This document shows positions 51,586 through 63,415 of a DNA stretch of 64,000 nucleotides, one piece after another. The notes beneath the pieces are model-generated. The model saw nothing but the letters and a program-made list of their open reading frames with translations, searched no databases and was not told the DNA's origin. Position 1 is the first letter of the stretch. Each line of letters starts with the position of its first letter. Source of the stretch: Nitrospirales bacterium (GTDB lineage Bacteria; Nitrospirota; Nitrospiria; Nitrospirales; UBA8639); assembly GCA_963555755.3 (NCBI GenBank), contig OY820905.2:1728001-1792000 (forward strand). The letters run 5' to 3'. A program made the position numbers and the translations under genes.

Positions 51586-54500
51586 TCATGATGTTTGAGT
51601 TTGCAATTCTTTCACGTCTTCCCCTGGCAATACCTTTGCCTCAGGCCCAGATTCTGCTTCAATGACAGTTTCAACCGGAGGAGGCACAAAGGTTTCCCGA
51701 TAATCAATATATCCGGTCCCAGCAGGAATGAGACGTCCAACAATAACATTCTCTTTTAAACCTCGGAGATCATCGACACGCCCATTGATTGCCGCTTCCG
51801 TCAATACCCTTGTTGTTTCCTGGAAAGACGCACCTGAAATAAAGCTGTCCGTACTCAACGAGGCTTTGGTAATACCCAATAGCACGGGTTTCCCAATAGC
51901 GGGCTGACCACCTTCCGCTAGTACTTTTTGGTTTTCATCCATGAAAGAAAATTTTCCGACTTGTGCTCCTGGCAAGAAAATCGTATCGCCAGGATCTTCG
52001 ATGCTGACTTTCCTCAGCATTTGTCGAGCGACGACTTCGATATGCTTATCGTTAATCGACACACCTTGCAACCGATACACTTCCTGGACCTGATTGACCA
52101 AGTAACGCTGCAATTCACGAGGCCCCAACACATTGAGAATATCATGGGGATTGGCCGAACCGTCCATCAAGGGTTCCCCAGCACGAACCCAATCGCCCTC
52201 ATGCACGTTCACATGCTTCCCTCGAGGGATAAAATATTCCTTGATATCCCCCATCTTGTTATCAACTGTGATCTTCCGTAGCCCTTTGACGAACCCACCA
52301 AAGGAGATTTCGCCGTCGATTTCGGTAATCACTGCTTGCTCTTTTGGTTTTCTGGCTTCGAACAGTTCGGCAACCCGAGGGAGGCCGCCAGTAATATCCT
52401 TGGTCTTGGTAGTTTCTCTTGGAATCTTGGCCAGCACATCCCCGGGATGAACCATGGCCCCTTTTTCAACAAAGATATGGGCACCCACCGGCAGGAGATA
52501 TCGAGCTTGAGCACCCGATGAAGGCAATTTGGCCGTCTTCCCGGAATCATCCTTAATGGAAACTCGTGGACGAAGGGTGGTTCCGGCTTGCTCAATCACA
52601 ACCTTCCGAGACAACCCGGTCACTTCATCGACCTCTTCCTTCATCGTAAGACCATCAGAAATATCCCCATAGGCGATCTTCCCACCAACCTCAGTTAAAA
52701 TCGTGAGCGAATAGGGATCCCATTCAACAAGCTTCTGTCCCACGGTTACCCGACCACCATCTTTCACTTTAATTTTGGCTCCGTACACAACAGGGTATTT
52801 CTCGCGTTCGCGCCCGGTATCATCGTACACAGCGATCTTCGCATTCCGGTTCATCACAACCCATTCACCATGCTTATTTTTCACGGCCATGCGATTACTA
52901 TGGAAATCCGCGTTTTTCTTGGCATCAAAGCTTAAATACTTCAACACCCCATCATGCCGAGACTCCACCACGCTTTGCTCCACAACCTTACTCGCCGTAC
53001 CACCGATATGAAATGTTCGCATCGTCAACTGCGTACCAGGCTCACCAATCGATTGTGCGGCAATCACGCCCACAGGCTCACCCTTTTCCACCAATCGCCC
53101 ACGCGCTAAATCGCGCCCATAACATCTCACGCATACACCCCAGCGAGCCTGACACGTCAACACAGAACGAATTTTCACATGGTCAATACCGGCTTCGACC
53201 ACCACCTTCACTCGCAATTCATCAAGCTCTATATTGGCCTTCACCACTACTTCACCCGTTAAAGGATCGAGAATATCTCCAGCAGCAAGCCTTCCTAAAA
53301 TACGCTCATCCAGAGGTTCAATCACCTCGCCCCCTTCGACTAAGGCGGAGACATCAATCCCATCAGCGGTCAGACAATCTTCTTCACTGATAATGACATC
53401 CTGCGAAATATCCACCAGACGCCGTGTCAAATATCCGGAATTGGCTGTCTTAAGCGCCGTATCCGCCAACCCTTTCCGGGCGCCATGAGTGGAAATAAAG
53501 TACTGCAACACCGTCAATCCTTCACGGAAATTCGCGGTAATGGGTGTTTCAATAATTTCACCTGATGGCTTGGCCATCAAACCACGCATTCCACCAAGCT
53601 GACGAATTTGTTGAGAACTGCCCCGTGCTCCTGAGTCCGCCATCATGAAAATCGGGTTCAGCGTATCGTCAGAACCTTGACCACCACCAGCGCGAATTTC
53701 GCTCATCATTTCGTTGGCCACCTGCTCACTCACATGTGCCCAAATATCAATCACTTTGTTGTACCGCTCACCATTGGTGATCAACCCTTCGCTATATTGC
53801 AGCTCAACGTCTTCCACTTCCTTCTTAGCCGTATCGATCAAGGCTCCTTTCTTAGTGGGAATGTGCATATTGTCAATGCAAATAGACACCCCAGCTTTGG
53901 TGGCATAGGAGAAACCCAGATCTTTAAGTTTATCCAACATCCGCACCGTTTCATGTACGCCAGCCTTGCGATAGACCGTATCAATCAGTTTAGTCATTTC
54001 CTTCTTGGTCATGAGTTGATTGACGTGCGAGAAATCAATAGACAACGGAAGGACTTCCCCAAAGAGAACCCGCCCGACTGTGGTGTCGACCAACTCATTA
54101 TTAATGCGTACCTTCACGCGCGCCTGCTCATCAAGCTCATCGGAATCATAGGCAATCCGCACTTCTTCTGGTGAGTAGAGAATCTTTCCCTCACCTTTGG
54201 CTCCGTCACGCACCTGGGTAAGCCAATAACACCCCAACACCATATCTTGCGAAGGAACGGCCAAGGGCCGACCATTCGCCGGTGATAGTATATTATTGAT
54301 CGACATCATCAATACCCGTGCCTCAATTTGTGCCTCAACCGACAACGGCACATGGACCGCCATTTGGTCACCATCGAAGTCCGCATTGAAGGCCGCGCAA
54401 ACCAATGGGTGCAAGCGGATAGCTTTTCCCTCCACCAAAACAGGATCAAAGGCTTGCATGCCCAAACGATGAAGTGTGGGGGCCCGGTTCAGAATAACCG

Positions 54501-55761
54501 GATGTTCACGAATGACCTCGTCCAAGACATCCCACACCTCTGGTCGTTCTTTCTCTACAAGTCGTTTGGCACTCTTAATGGTTGTCGCAGCCCCACGTTC
54601 TTCCAACTTATGAAAAATGAAGGGCTTGAAAAGCTCAAGGGCCATCTTCTTGGGCAACCCACATTGATTGAGTTTCAGCTCTGGCCCTACGACAATGACG
54701 GATCGACCGGAATAGTCAACGCGCTTTCCTAAAAGGTTTTGCCGGAACCGACCCTGCTTCCCTTTCAACATGTCGCTCAAGGATTTGAGGGGACGTTTGT
54801 TCGCACCACGAATGGTCCGCCCACGCCGTCCATTATCAAATAACGCATCAACGGCTTCTTGCAACATCCGCATTTCATTGCGAATAATCACGCCTGGCGC
54901 TTTTAATTCAACCAATCGCTTTAACCGATTATTGCGATTGATCACACGACGATACAGATCATTTAAATCCGATGTCGCGAAACGTCCTCCATCCAAGGGA
55001 ACAAGAGGACGAAGCTCCGGTGGAAGTACCGGAATCACATCCATAATCATCCACTCCGGCTTGTTTCCAGACTTTATGAACGCCTCAATCACCTTCAGGC
55101 GCTTGGTGAGCTTTTTCGTGCCAGCGACGGAAGTGGTCGACTTCACCTTTTCATGCCGCTCATTCCACAACGTTTCGATATCAACTTTTCGTAATAATTC
55201 ACGAATAGCTTCTGCTCCAATCCCCACTCGAAATCCTTGGGAACCATATTGATCAAAATATTCGCGATACTTTTCTTCCGTCAGAAGTTCATTTTCCTTG
55301 AGAGGCGTATCTCCTGGGTCAATGACCACATACGATTCAAAATAGAGAATTTTCTCCAACTGTTTGAGACTCATGTCCAACAAAATCCCAATCCGACTCG
55401 GCACGCCTTTTAAAAACCAAATGTGCGCAACGGATGCCGCCAATTCAATATGCCCCATCCGCTCACGACGGACCTTCGACTGGATGACTTCTACCCCACA
55501 TTTATCACAGACAATGCCGCGGTGCTTCATCCGCTTATATTTCCCACAATTGCATTCCCAATCTTTCGTCGGGCCAAAAATTTTGGCGCAGAACAACCCG
55601 TCCTTTTCAGGTTTAAAGGACCGGTAGTTAATCGTCTCGGGCTTCTTCACTTCCCCGTAGGACCACGAGCGAATTTTCTCTGGCGAAGCAATTCGAATAC
55701 GCATTGCATCAAAGGACACGGCATCGCGTGGCTTTTCAAACAGCGCATAAATGCTTTTCAA
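51586..55761 (-). CDS. rpoC: RNA polymerase beta' subunit
   Basis: [12 protein letters not shown] active-site motif; TTG start after GAGGAGG. Confidence 0.99.
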   Translation of the reverse strand: MKSIYALFEKPRDAVSFDAMRIRIASPEKIRSWSYGEVKKPETINYRSFKPEKDGLFCAKIFGPTKDWECNCGKYKRMKHRGIVCDKCGVEVIQSKVRRERMGHIELAASVAHIWFLKGVPSRIGILLDMSLKQLEKILYFESYVVIDPGDTPLKENELLTEEKYREYFDQYGSQGFRVGIGAEAIRELLRKVDIETLWNERHEKVKSTTSVAGTKKLTKRLKVIEAFIKSGNKPEWMIMDVIPVLPPELRPLVPLDGGRFATSDLNDLYRRVINRNNRLKRLVELKAPGVIIRNEMRMLQEAVDALFDNGRRGRTIRGANKRPLKSLSDMLKGKQGRFRQNLLGKRVDYSGRSVIVVGPELKLNQCGLPKKMALELFKPFIFHKLEERGAATTIKSAKRLVEKERPEVWDVLDEVIREHPVILNRAPTLHRLGMQAFDPVLVEGKAIRLHPLVCAAFNADFDGDQMAVHVPLSVEAQIEARVLMMSINNILSPANGRPLAVPSQDMVLGCYWLTQVRDGAKGEGKILYSPEEVRIAYDSDELDEQARVKVRINNELVDTTVGRVLFGEVLPLSIDFSHVNQLMTKKEMTKLIDTVYRKAGVHETVRMLDKLKDLGFSYATKAGVSICIDNMHIPTKKGALIDTAKKEVEDVELQYSEGLITNGERYNKVIDIWAHVSEQVANEMMSEIRAGGGQGSDDTLNPIFMMADSGARGSSQQIRQLGGMRGLMAKPSGEIIETPITANFREGLTVLQYFISTHGARKGLADTALKTANSGYLTRRLVDISQDVIISEEDCLTADGIDVSALVEGGEVIEPLDERILGRLAAGDILDPLTGEVVVKANIELDELRVKVVVEAGIDHVKIRSVLTCQARWGVCVRCYGRDLARGRLVEKGEPVGVIAAQSIGEPGTQLTMRTFHIGGTASKVVEQSVVESRHDGVLKYLSFDAKKNADFHSNRMAVKNKHGEWVVMNRNAKIAVYDDTGREREKYPVVYGAKIKVKDGGRVTVGQKLVEWDPYSLTILTEVGGKIAYGDISDGLTMKEEVDEVTGLSRKVVIEQAGTTLRPRVSIKDDSGKTAKLPSSGAQARYLLPVGAHIFVEKGAMVHPGDVLAKIPRETTKTKDITGGLPRVAELFEARKPKEQAVITEIDGEISFGGFVKGLRKITVDNKMGDIKEYFIPRGKHVNVHEGDWVRAGEPLMDGSANPHDILNVLGPRELQRYLVNQVQEVYRLQGVSINDKHIEVVARQMLRKVSIEDPGDTIFLPGAQVGKFSFMDENQKVLAEGGQPAIGKPVLLGITKASLSTDSFISGASFQETTRVLTEAAINGRVDDLRGLKENVIVGRLIPAGTGYIDYRETFVPPPVETVIEAESGPEAKVLPGEDVKELQTQTS

Positions 55762-55812
55762 GGTTTGACCCTCCTCATTAAAACACTCGTGATAAACACT
55801 CTAGCCATGAAT

Positions 55813-58800
55813 CTATTCCGTGGACTTCATCAATTCGACATCGAGACCTAAACTCTGGAGTTCCTTCACCAACACATTGAAAGACTCCGGCAATCCAGGT
55901 TCCAAGAAATTTTCCCCTTTGACAATCGCTTCATACATGCGCGACCGTCCAGGCACGTCATCGGACTTGACGGTGAGAAATTCCTGCAACGTCGAAGCGG
56001 CTCCATAGGCTTGCAAGGCCCACACTTCCATTTCCCCTAAGCGCTGTCCACCAAACTGGGCTTTCCCACCCAACGGTTGCTGCGTCACAAGAGAGTACGG
56101 ACCAATGGACCGAGCATGAATTTTATCATCAACCAAGTGATGCAACTTCATCATGTACACATATCCAACTGTCACAGGACTTTTGAACGGTTCACCCGTA
56201 CGACCATCAAGCACGACGGATTGCCCAGATTGAGATAAGCCGGCTTTTGTCAAGAGGTCCTTGACTTCCAGCTCAGTAGCTCCTTCAAAGACCGGGCTAG
56301 CCACATGAATGCCCAAGGCTTTGGCCGCCCACCCCAGATGGGTTTCCAAAATTTGTCCCACATTCATCCGCGAAGGTACCCCAAGCGGATTCAAGACAAT
56401 TTCCAACGGCGTGCCGTCCGGCAAATAGGGCATGTCTTCTTCAGGAAGAATGCGCGAGACCACCCCTTTATTGCCATGCCGACCGGCCATTTTATCTCCG
56501 ACGGAAATCTTGCGCTTAATCGCCAAATACACCTTGACCAACTTGATGACGCCAGGCGGCAATTCATCGCCACGCCGAAGTCGCCCAACCTTTTCATCAT
56601 AATAGGTTTGGAGGATTTCGATTTGATCTTTGGCGGCATGCTCAATATCCTCGAGTTTTTTCTGTTCCTCGGAATCACTAAGAAGGACTCGCCGAACATT
56701 ATCGTCGGATAATTTCCGCAAGACCTCTGCGGTGATCTTCCCCTTCCTCTTTAAAATGACCTCGCCACTGTCATGGTCCATAAGATCACGGCCCACGACT
56801 TGGCCGAGCAGAAGCTTACGCAGTCGCTTGGCCCGCTCTTCCTCAATAATACGAAGCTCCTCTTGATAGTTGCGTTCAATCTTGACTCGATCTTGCGATT
56901 CAATGTCTTTGGACCGCTCATCCTTATCAAGGCCTTTCCGAGAAAAGATTTTGACATCGACAACGATTCCCTCGATTCCAGGAGGAACTTGAAGCGAGGT
57001 ATCTTTTACATCCCCGGCTTTCTCGCCAAAAATCGCTCGCAACAATTTCTCTTCCGGAGTCAGCTGCGTCTCGCCTTTCGGCGTCACCTTGCCAACCAGG
57101 ATATCTCCAGGCTTCACCTCAGCCCCAATACGCACGATGCCACTTTCATCAAGATTCCGCAGAGCCTCTTCACCCAGATTGGGAATATCTCGGGTGATCT
57201 CTTCTTTCCCTAGCTTGGTATCGCGCGCCTCAACTTCAAACTCTTCAATATGAATCGACGTGAAGATATCGTCTCGCACCAGTTTCTCGCTGAGCAGAAT
57301 CGCGTCCTCAAAATTGTACCCACCCCACGGCATAAATCCGACAAGGATATTTTTACCAAGAGCCAATTCTCCTCGATCAATGGAGGGGCCATCTGCCAAC
57401 ACTTGCCCTTTTTTGACCGGCTGACCAACCTGGACCACCGGCGTTTGGGTCACACAAGTGTTTTGGTTCGTACGTTGAAACTTGACCAGGTCATAGGTAT
57501 CCAAAAATCGTTTACTCTTCCCCTTATCATTATCTTTTTTGCCCAGTTCCGTTCTCACCACGATTCGACGAGCATCGACGCTTTCGACAATTCCGTCACG
57601 GCGCGCTTGCTCAACATATCCGGAGTCTCTCGCAACCACAGCCTCCATCCCTGTCCCAACGAGCGGGGCTTCACTTTGAAGCAACGGAACGGCTTGTCGC
57701 TGCATATTTGAGCCCATCAAGGCGCGGTTCGCGTCATCATGCTCGAGAAAGGGAATCAACGCGGTAGCCACACTGACCACTTGCTTGGGCGACACGTCGA
57801 CGTAATCGATTTTATCAGGATCCGCCGTCACAAACTCGCCTGCCGACCGTGCCGTCACCGATTCCCCCACCAATTTTCCACTCGCATCCATTTTCGAGTT
57901 GGCCTGTGCGATAATAAACCGTTCTCCCTCGAGAGGGGAAAGAAATTCCACTTCATTGACAACTCGGCCTTTTCGTACTTTGCGAAACGGCGCCTCAATA
58001 AATCCGAATTCATTGATTCGGGCATACGTCGCCAATGAAGTGATCAAACCGATGTTCGGACCTTCCGGCGTTTCAATCGGACAAATCCGACTATAATGGG
58101 AAGGATGGACGTCACGAACCTCAAACCCCGCACGCTCTCGAGTCAGACCGCCCGGACCCAACGCCGACAACCGACGCTTGTGTGTGATTTCAGCTAAGGG
58201 ATTGGTTTGATCCATAAACTGAGATAATTGGCTCCCGGCAAAAAACTCCTTGATGGCTGCCACAATCGGCTTGGCATTAATTAAATCATGGGGTAACACG
58301 GTTTCCATGTCTAACAGATTCATCCGCTCCTTGATGCTCCGCTCCATCCGAGCCAACCCCAAGCGAATCTGATTTTCCAACAACTCACCAACTGATCGGA
58401 CGCGTCGATTTCCCAAATGATCGATGTCATCCACATCGCCTTTGCCCATTTTCAATTCGACTAAGCCGCGTACCACTTCAATAACATCCTGAGCCGTCAG
58501 GACACGCAGTTCAAGCGAATGGTCCAAGGAAAACCGACTATTCATTTTCAGACGTCCCACCGGAGAGAGGTCGTATCGCTTAGGATTCAAAAACAGGTTT
58601 TCAAAGAGGAGCTTCGCCGAATCGACGGACGGCATTTCCCCTGGCCGAAGGCGCTTGTAAATTTCAACCCAAGCCTCTTCTTTTGACGTGGTCCGCTCGG
58701 CCTCAAGAGTATCTAGAATCACAGGGGTGGTGGCCGTACTATCCAGGTAGATGATTTTGAAGCTCTCAACCCCACTCTCTAAAATTTTTTCGACAGTCGG

Positions 58801-59781
58801 CAGTGCAAACCGTTGATTCTTTTCCAGGATCACCTCACCACTTTTTGGAGCAACCAACTCCGTTAACACCGCACGGCCCACCAATTCATCCGGCTTGACG
58901 GGGATTTCCTTTATTCCCGCGGCACGAAGTTTGGACATGACCCCTTTGGTTAAGCGATTGCCTTCCCGAACCAACGGTTCCTTCGAACCTTTTTCGAACA
59001 CGTCGAGAGAGGTTCGGTGTCCCATATGCAACTCAAGATCAAGTTTACGCATGAACTGCCCATTGACGATGCGAATTTCTTCAACCGGATAATACATTTT
59101 CAGCAATTCATCCGTGGAAAGGCCGAAAGCCTTCAACAAGATCGTCGCCGGCATCTTTCGCCGCCGATCAATTCTGACATACAAAATATCGCGAGCATCG
59201 AATTCAAAATCCAACCACGAACCACGGTAAGGAATAATTCGAGCGGAAAACAGAATCTTCCCACTCGAATGCGTCCGACCTTTATCATGACTAAAGGATG
59301 CACCAGGCGAACGATGCAATTGGCTCACCACCACTCGCTCCGTCCCATTGATGATAAAAGTCCCGCGATCCGTCATCAGCGGGAGCTCCCCGACGTACAC
59401 CTCCTGCTCACGAACATCGAGAACTTTGCCTTTGACGCTTTTATCCTGGCTATCAAACACGACCAAACGAATACGAAGTTTTAAAGGTGCGGCAAAGGTC
59501 ATACCCTGCTCCAAACACTCGCGCACATCATACTTGGGTGTCCCCAACGAATAATTGGTAAACTCAAGAATAGCCGTATTGTTATAATCAGAAATGGGAA
59601 ACACGCTCATTAATGCCGCTTGCAAGCCCTTTTCAGCTCGGCGTTCAGCGTCAGCATCTTTTTGCAAAAAAGCTTCGTATGATCGTTTTTGCACTTCGAC
59701 CAGATCCGGGATTTCAATAGTCGAAGGAATTTTTGAAAAATCCATTCGCTTGATAAGTCCCGGCAATGTTGGTTGCGGCAT
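55813..59781 (-). CDS. rpoB: RNA polymerase beta subunit (start between 59781 and 59805)
   Basis: [39 protein letters not shown]. Confidence 0.99.
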   Translation of the reverse strand: MPQPTLPGLIKRMDFSKIPSTIEIPDLVEVQKRSYEAFLQKDADAERRAEKGLQAALMSVFPISDYNNTAILEFTNYSLGTPKYDVRECLEQGMTFAAPLKLRIRLVVFDSQDKSVKGKVLDVREQEVYVGELPLMTDRGTFIINGTERVVVSQLHRSPGASFSHDKGRTHSSGKILFSARIIPYRGSWLDFEFDARDILYVRIDRRRKMPATILLKAFGLSTDELLKMYYPVEEIRIVNGQFMRKLDLELHMGHRTSLDVFEKGSKEPLVREGNRLTKGVMSKLRAAGIKEIPVKPDELVGRAVLTELVAPKSGEVILEKNQRFALPTVEKILESGVESFKIIYLDSTATTPVILDTLEAERTTSKEEAWVEIYKRLRPGEMPSVDSAKLLFENLFLNPKRYDLSPVGRLKMNSRFSLDHSLELRVLTAQDVIEVVRGLVELKMGKGDVDDIDHLGNRRVRSVGELLENQIRLGLARMERSIKERMNLLDMETVLPHDLINAKPIVAAIKEFFAGSQLSQFMDQTNPLAEITHKRRLSALGPGGLTRERAGFEVRDVHPSHYSRICPIETPEGPNIGLITSLATYARINEFGFIEAPFRKVRKGRVVNEVEFLSPLEGERFIIAQANSKMDASGKLVGESVTARSAGEFVTADPDKIDYVDVSPKQVVSVATALIPFLEHDDANRALMGSNMQRQAVPLLQSEAPLVGTGMEAVVARDSGYVEQARRDGIVESVDARRIVVRTELGKKDNDKGKSKRFLDTYDLVKFQRTNQNTCVTQTPVVQVGQPVKKGQVLADGPSIDRGELALGKNILVGFMPWGGYNFEDAILLSEKLVRDDIFTSIHIEEFEVEARDTKLGKEEITRDIPNLGEEALRNLDESGIVRIGAEVKPGDILVGKVTPKGETQLTPEEKLLRAIFGEKAGDVKDTSLQVPPGIEGIVVDVKIFSRKGLDKDERSKDIESQDRVKIERNYQEELRIIEEERAKRLRKLLLGQVVGRDLMDHDSGEVILKRKGKITAEVLRKLSDDNVRRVLLSDSEEQKKLEDIEHAAKDQIEILQTYYDEKVGRLRRGDELPPGVIKLVKVYLAIKRKISVGDKMAGRHGNKGVVSRILPEEDMPYLPDGTPLEIVLNPLGVPSRMNVGQILETHLGWAAKALGIHVASPVFEGATELEVKDLLTKAGLSQSGQSVVLDGRTGEPFKSPVTVGYVYMMKLHHLVDDKIHARSIGPYSLVTQQPLGGKAQFGGQRLGEMEVWALQAYGAASTLQEFLTVKSDDVPGRSRMYEAIVKGENFLEPGLPESFNVLVKELQSLGLDVELMKSTE

Positions 59782-59866
59782 AGTCGGCTCCTTCGACATC
59801 ATCAATACAGGTTAGACAGCCCGTCCTTGGCAATGAGGAACAATCCTCGTCCCTCATCTTCCTTAT

Positions 59867-60259
59867 TTATTTGACTTCTACCGTCGCACCCACATCAGTC
59901 AGTTTCTTCTTTATGACTTCGGACTCATCCTTGTCCACATCCTCTTTGACGGCCTTTGGCACACCCTCCACTAAATCTTTGGCTTCCTTCAAGCCCAACC
60001 CCGTAATCTCTCGCACCACTTTAATCGCTTGGATTTTCTTGTCAGCTGCAAAACCAGTCAAAATCACGTCGAAAGAATCCTGCTCTTCAACGACTGGCGC
60101 AGCGGCCCCTGGTGCTGCTGCTACCGCCACCGGTGCTGCCGCAGTCACTCCAAACTTATCCTCGAAACCTTTGACTAACTCCGAAAGCTCCAATACCGTC
60201 ATGCCTGCCACGGCACTGAGAATGTCCTCTTTTGAAAATTTTGTTTCTGTCGCTGCCAT
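59867..60259 (-). CDS. rplL: Ribosomal protein L7/L12 from internal start
   Basis: AAAGGAG-8 nt-ATG GCA GCG at 60274-60257, in frame with rplJ. Confidence 0.85.
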   Translation of the reverse strand: MAATETKFSKEDILSAVAGMTVLELSELVKGFEDKFGVTAAAPVAVAAAPGAAAPVVEEQDSFDVILTGFAADKKIQAIKVVREITGLGLKEAKDLVEGVPKAVKEDVDKDESEVIKKKLTDVGATVEVK

Positions 60260-60793
60260 TGAACCGTCTCCTTTCTTTTTTTCCTGTATTGCCGCCAGCA
60301 CAGCCACGAACCCACGAAGAATGCCTTGCATCACGCCAACCATCCCTCGCAGAGGGCCTTGCATGGCGGAAAGCAACATGGACAGCAAGACCTCCTTGGA
60401 CGGTAAATCCGCTGCGGCAATGAGCTGTGCCGGATCGAGAGTGTTTCCTTCTAATACGCCGCCTCGCCATACAATTTTCTCACCACACTTTTCTGCCTTA
60501 ATGAAGTCACGTAAAATTTTGGTGGGCAGAACGGGATCATCATAGCCAATCACCACGGCAACCTGCCCCTTGAACAACGTCTTCACCGACAACAGTGATG
60601 TCCCTTCAACCGCGCGCATCGCGAGCGAATTTTTCACCACTTTGAGTTCAGCGTTGACCCCACGAAGTTGGTGTCGCAACTGCGTCAATTGATTAACCGG
60701 CATTCCGCCACATTCCGTCACGACAGCCAATGTGGCTTTAGAGAATTTTTCGTGCAGATCAGCGATGGCCGTCACTTTATGTTCCTTGTTCAT
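59867..60793 (-). CDS. rplJ: In-frame fusion of ribosomal proteins L10 (aa 1-178) and L7/L12 (aa 179-308)
   Basis: L10 motifs ([16 protein letters not shown]) run without a stop into L12 motifs ([38 protein letters not shown]). Confidence 0.93.
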   Translation of the reverse strand: MNKEHKVTAIADLHEKFSKATLAVVTECGGMPVNQLTQLRHQLRGVNAELKVVKNSLAMRAVEGTSLLSVKTLFKGQVAVVIGYDDPVLPTKILRDFIKAEKCGEKIVWRGGVLEGNTLDPAQLIAAADLPSKEVLLSMLLSAMQGPLRGMVGVMQGILRGFVAVLAAIQEKKKGDGSMAATETKFSKEDILSAVAGMTVLELSELVKGFEDKFGVTAAAPVAVAAAPGAAAPVVEEQDSFDVILTGFAADKKIQAIKVVREITGLGLKEAKDLVEGVPKAVKEDVDKDESEVIKKKLTDVGATVEVK

Positions 60794-60815
60794 TCAGCAC
60801 TCCTTCTCGACTCCC

Positions 60816-61517
60816 TCACTCGACATTCCGGGTAATCGTTGAACATTCAAGTGGGATACCAGGCCCCATGGTGCTACACATGGTCGCGCCCTTCACATAC
60901 TTCCCTTTACTGGAAGAAGGTTTGGCCTTCATAAGAGAACCAAAAACCGTCTGTGCATTTTCCGAGATTTTGGTGCCTGAGAAAGACGCCTTTCCGATTG
61001 GCACATGCACGATCCCGGCCTTATCCACCTTGTATTCCACGCGCCCTTTGCGAATTTCATCAATCGCCTTGGCCACCTCGAAAGTCACGGTGCCTGTCTT
61101 GGGGTTGGGCATCAACCCTCTTGGACCAAGCACTTTTCCCAATTTACCCACGGAAGCCATAAGATCAGGAGTGGCAATGGCTTTATCAAAATCCAGCCAA
61201 CCTCCTTTTATTTTTTCCAACAGATCATCAGAGCCAACATAATCTGCTCCAGCCTGGCGAGCCTCCTGCTCTTTTTCACCTTTGGCAAAGACCACAATCC
61301 TCACCTTCTTCCCTGTCCCGTGAGGAAGGAGGGTTGTTCCACGGACCATTTGATCGGCTCGTTTAGGATCGACACCTAACCGAACCACCAACTCAACCGT
61401 TTCATCAAATTTCGCCGTGGCAATTTGCTTGACCAGCTCACTAGCCTCCTCCAAGTTATACAACTTCGATTCAACCTTGGACACAGCATGTTGTAATTTC
61501 TTTCCCACTGCCTTCAC
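60816..61517 (-). CDS. rplA: 50S ribosomal protein L1
   Basis: [24 protein letters not shown]. Confidence 0.98.
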   Translation of the reverse strand: MKAVGKKLQHAVSKVESKLYNLEEASELVKQIATAKFDETVELVVRLGVDPKRADQMVRGTTLLPHGTGKKVRIVVFAKGEKEQEARQAGADYVGSDDLLEKIKGGWLDFDKAIATPDLMASVGKLGKVLGPRGLMPNPKTGTVTFEVAKAIDEIRKGRVEYKVDKAGIVHVPIGKASFSGTKISENAQTVFGSLMKAKPSSSKGKYVKGATMCSTMGPGIPLECSTITRNVE

Positions 61518-61536
61518 TCCTCTACAATCTCTAAAA

Positions 61537-61962
61537 TTAGTCCGTGACCGTTATCCCCATGCTCCGAGCGGTGCCTTCAATAATTTTCATGGCACCCTCA
61601 ATATTAATTGCATTCAAATCTGTCATTTTTTGTTTTGAAATTTCCGTCAATTGGACCCGAGAAATGTTCCCGACCTTATCTTTCTGCGGCACGCCAGACC
61701 CTTTAATGATCCCTGCGGCTTTCTTTAACAAATCCGTGGCCGGAGGAGTCTTGGTGATAAAGGTGAAACTCCGATCTTTATAGACCGAAATCACAACAGG
61801 AATGATACTGCCTTCTTGTTTCTGGGTCTTCGCATTAAATTGCTTGCAAAACTCCATAATATTGAGACCATGTTGCCCCAATGACGGACCGACAGGGGGC
61901 GCAGGGTTTGCCTTCCCTGCGGGAATTTGCAATTTAATTTGAGTGATGACCTCCTTCGCCAT
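61537..61962 (-). CDS. rplK: 50S ribosomal protein L11
   Basis: [16 protein letters not shown]. Confidence 0.98.
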   Translation of the reverse strand: MAKEVITQIKLQIPAGKANPAPPVGPSLGQHGLNIMEFCKQFNAKTQKQEGSIIPVVISVYKDRSFTFITKTPPATDLLKKAAGIIKGSGVPQKDKVGNISRVQLTEISKQKMTDLNAINIEGAMKIIEGTARSMGITVTD

Positions 61963-62058
61963 AGCGTGTTCTCTCTCCTACCAGAAGGTTAACAATGCTT
62001 CACAGCCTCGAAATGGCTTTCATGAATTCCGCTACACAATGTGAAATGTACCGATGGA

Positions 62059-62601
62059 TCATCCACGCTCAATTTGGGAAAAAGCTAATTCCACAGGAGT
62101 TGATCGACCAAAGATGCTCACCAAGGCCTTCACTCGACTATGATCCGAATCCACTTCATCCACCATCCCATTGAACCCCATAAACGGTCCATCAATAATT
62201 CGTACGTTATCGCCCTTAGAAAAGATGATCTGTTCACGAGGAGCTGTCGCCCCGGATTCGATTTGCTTGAGAAGAGATTCAGCCTCTTCATCAGTTAAGG
62301 GAATCGGTCGGGTCCCTCCCCCCACAAATCCCGTGACCTTCGGAGTGTCCTTGATCATCATCATTGTTTCATCTGTGACAGGAGCTTCCAATTCGATCAA
62401 GACATACCCCGGGAAAAACTTTCGCTTGGATGCCCTCCGCTTTCCATCCTTGATTTCTATCACGTCTTCAGTCGGAACTAATACCTGACCCAGCTCTTCC
62501 TGAAGGCCCATTTGAGTCGCACGCTCCCCTAGGGATGCCCTGACCCGCCCTTCATAACCCGCATAGGTGTGAATGACGTACCAACTTTTGCTTTTGGCCA
62601 T
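62059..62601 (-). CDS. nusG: Transcription factor NusG
   Basis: WYVIHTY, FFPGYVL, SIFGRSTPVEL. Confidence 0.98.
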   Translation of the reverse strand: MAKSKSWYVIHTYAGYEGRVRASLGERATQMGLQEELGQVLVPTEDVIEIKDGKRRASKRKFFPGYVLIELEAPVTDETMMMIKDTPKVTGFVGGGTRPIPLTDEEAESLLKQIESGATAPREQIIFSKGDNVRIIDGPFMGFNGMVDEVDSDHSRVKALVSIFGRSTPVELAFSQIERG

Positions 62602-62624
62602 CAAAATACCTCAAATTCTTTTTT

Positions 62625-62816
62625 TTAAAGTATGCGGCTCACAAGCCACACTAAAATAGAATCGATCATGGAAAGGTATAAGGACATGATTACACAAAAG
62701 ACCACCACAACCGAGGTCGACCCAATGGTTTCTTCACGGGTTGGGAAGGACACCTTTTTCAATTCAGACTTCACTTCTGATAAAAATTCAGTAATTCTGC
62801 CCCACAATTTACCCAC
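62625..62816 (-). CDS. secE: Preprotein translocase SecE
   Basis: ELKKVSFP motif plus one TM; upstream of nusG. Confidence 0.95.
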   Translation of the reverse strand: MGKLWGRITEFLSEVKSELKKVSFPTREETIGSTSVVVVFCVIMSLYLSMIDSILVWLVSRIL

Positions 62817-62901
62817 GATGCATTCCTTCTCTTTTGTCCATGCCCCAAAACTTCAAATCTTTCCAATTCTTGGCCATGTACTGGAAACTCAAACTACAGT
62901 T

Positions 62902-62977
62902 TGGCAGGGGCACCAGGACTCGAACCCGGACCATCGGTTTTGGAGACCGACATGCTAGCCATTGACACCATGCCCCT
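62902..62977 (-). tRNA. tRNA-Trp (CCA)
   Basis: 76 nt AGGGGCA...GTCGGT-CTCCAAA-ACCGAT...GGTTCGAGTCC...TGCCCCTGCCA. Confidence 0.97.
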
Positions 62978-63061
62978 TCTCAAGACCCATGAGACGTAAG
63001 GGGTAAAACGGAAGGTGAATAAAAATCTATCGATTCTCGCTTCACCTTTTACTCTTGACCC

Positions 63062-63211
63062 TTATTTCACCTCTTTATGAGGGACATGCTTCCTGCAGAA
63101 CCGACAATACTTTTTCATCTCCAGACGATCCGGATCATTTTTTTTATTTTTCATCGTCGAATAATTTCGCCGCTTACAATCACCACAAGCTAAAGTAATA
63201 ATGACCCGCAT
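63062..63211 (-). CDS. rpmG: 50S ribosomal protein L33, Zn-binding type (not in ORF track)
   Basis: Hand translation [49 protein letters not shown]. Confidence 0.97.
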   Translation of the reverse strand: MRVIITLACGDCKRRNYSTMKNKKNDPDRLEMKKYCRFCRKHVPHKEVK

Positions 63212-63251
63212 GGTCCCCTACCTTTCGAGAAATATCAAACAACTCCGAATC

Positions 63252-63403
63252 GTAACGACTCAGGTCACTTCCCTTTTGCCTCATGACGGCGTTCCTGTGG
63301 TGCTCGAATCCTCATCCTTTACGAGGACCCCTCAGGACCACCAGGCAGTTCCGCGCTCCTCGCGCCTTGTCCTGAGCCAAAATTGAAGCAACCTGCGAGT
63401 TAC
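63252..63403 (-). mobile_element. MITE family E copy 3 between tuf and rpmG
   Basis: GTAACGACTCAGGT...ACCTGCGAGTTAC; 8-bp flanks TCCGAATC / TCCAAATC. Confidence 0.88.
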
Positions 63404-63415
63404 TCCAAATCTGTA

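Noticed and set aside
47000..62488. Long plus-strand ORFs antisense to tuf, fusA, rpoBC and ribosomal genes
   Set aside because: Expected shadow ORFs of conserved genes; no motifs or ribosome-binding sites
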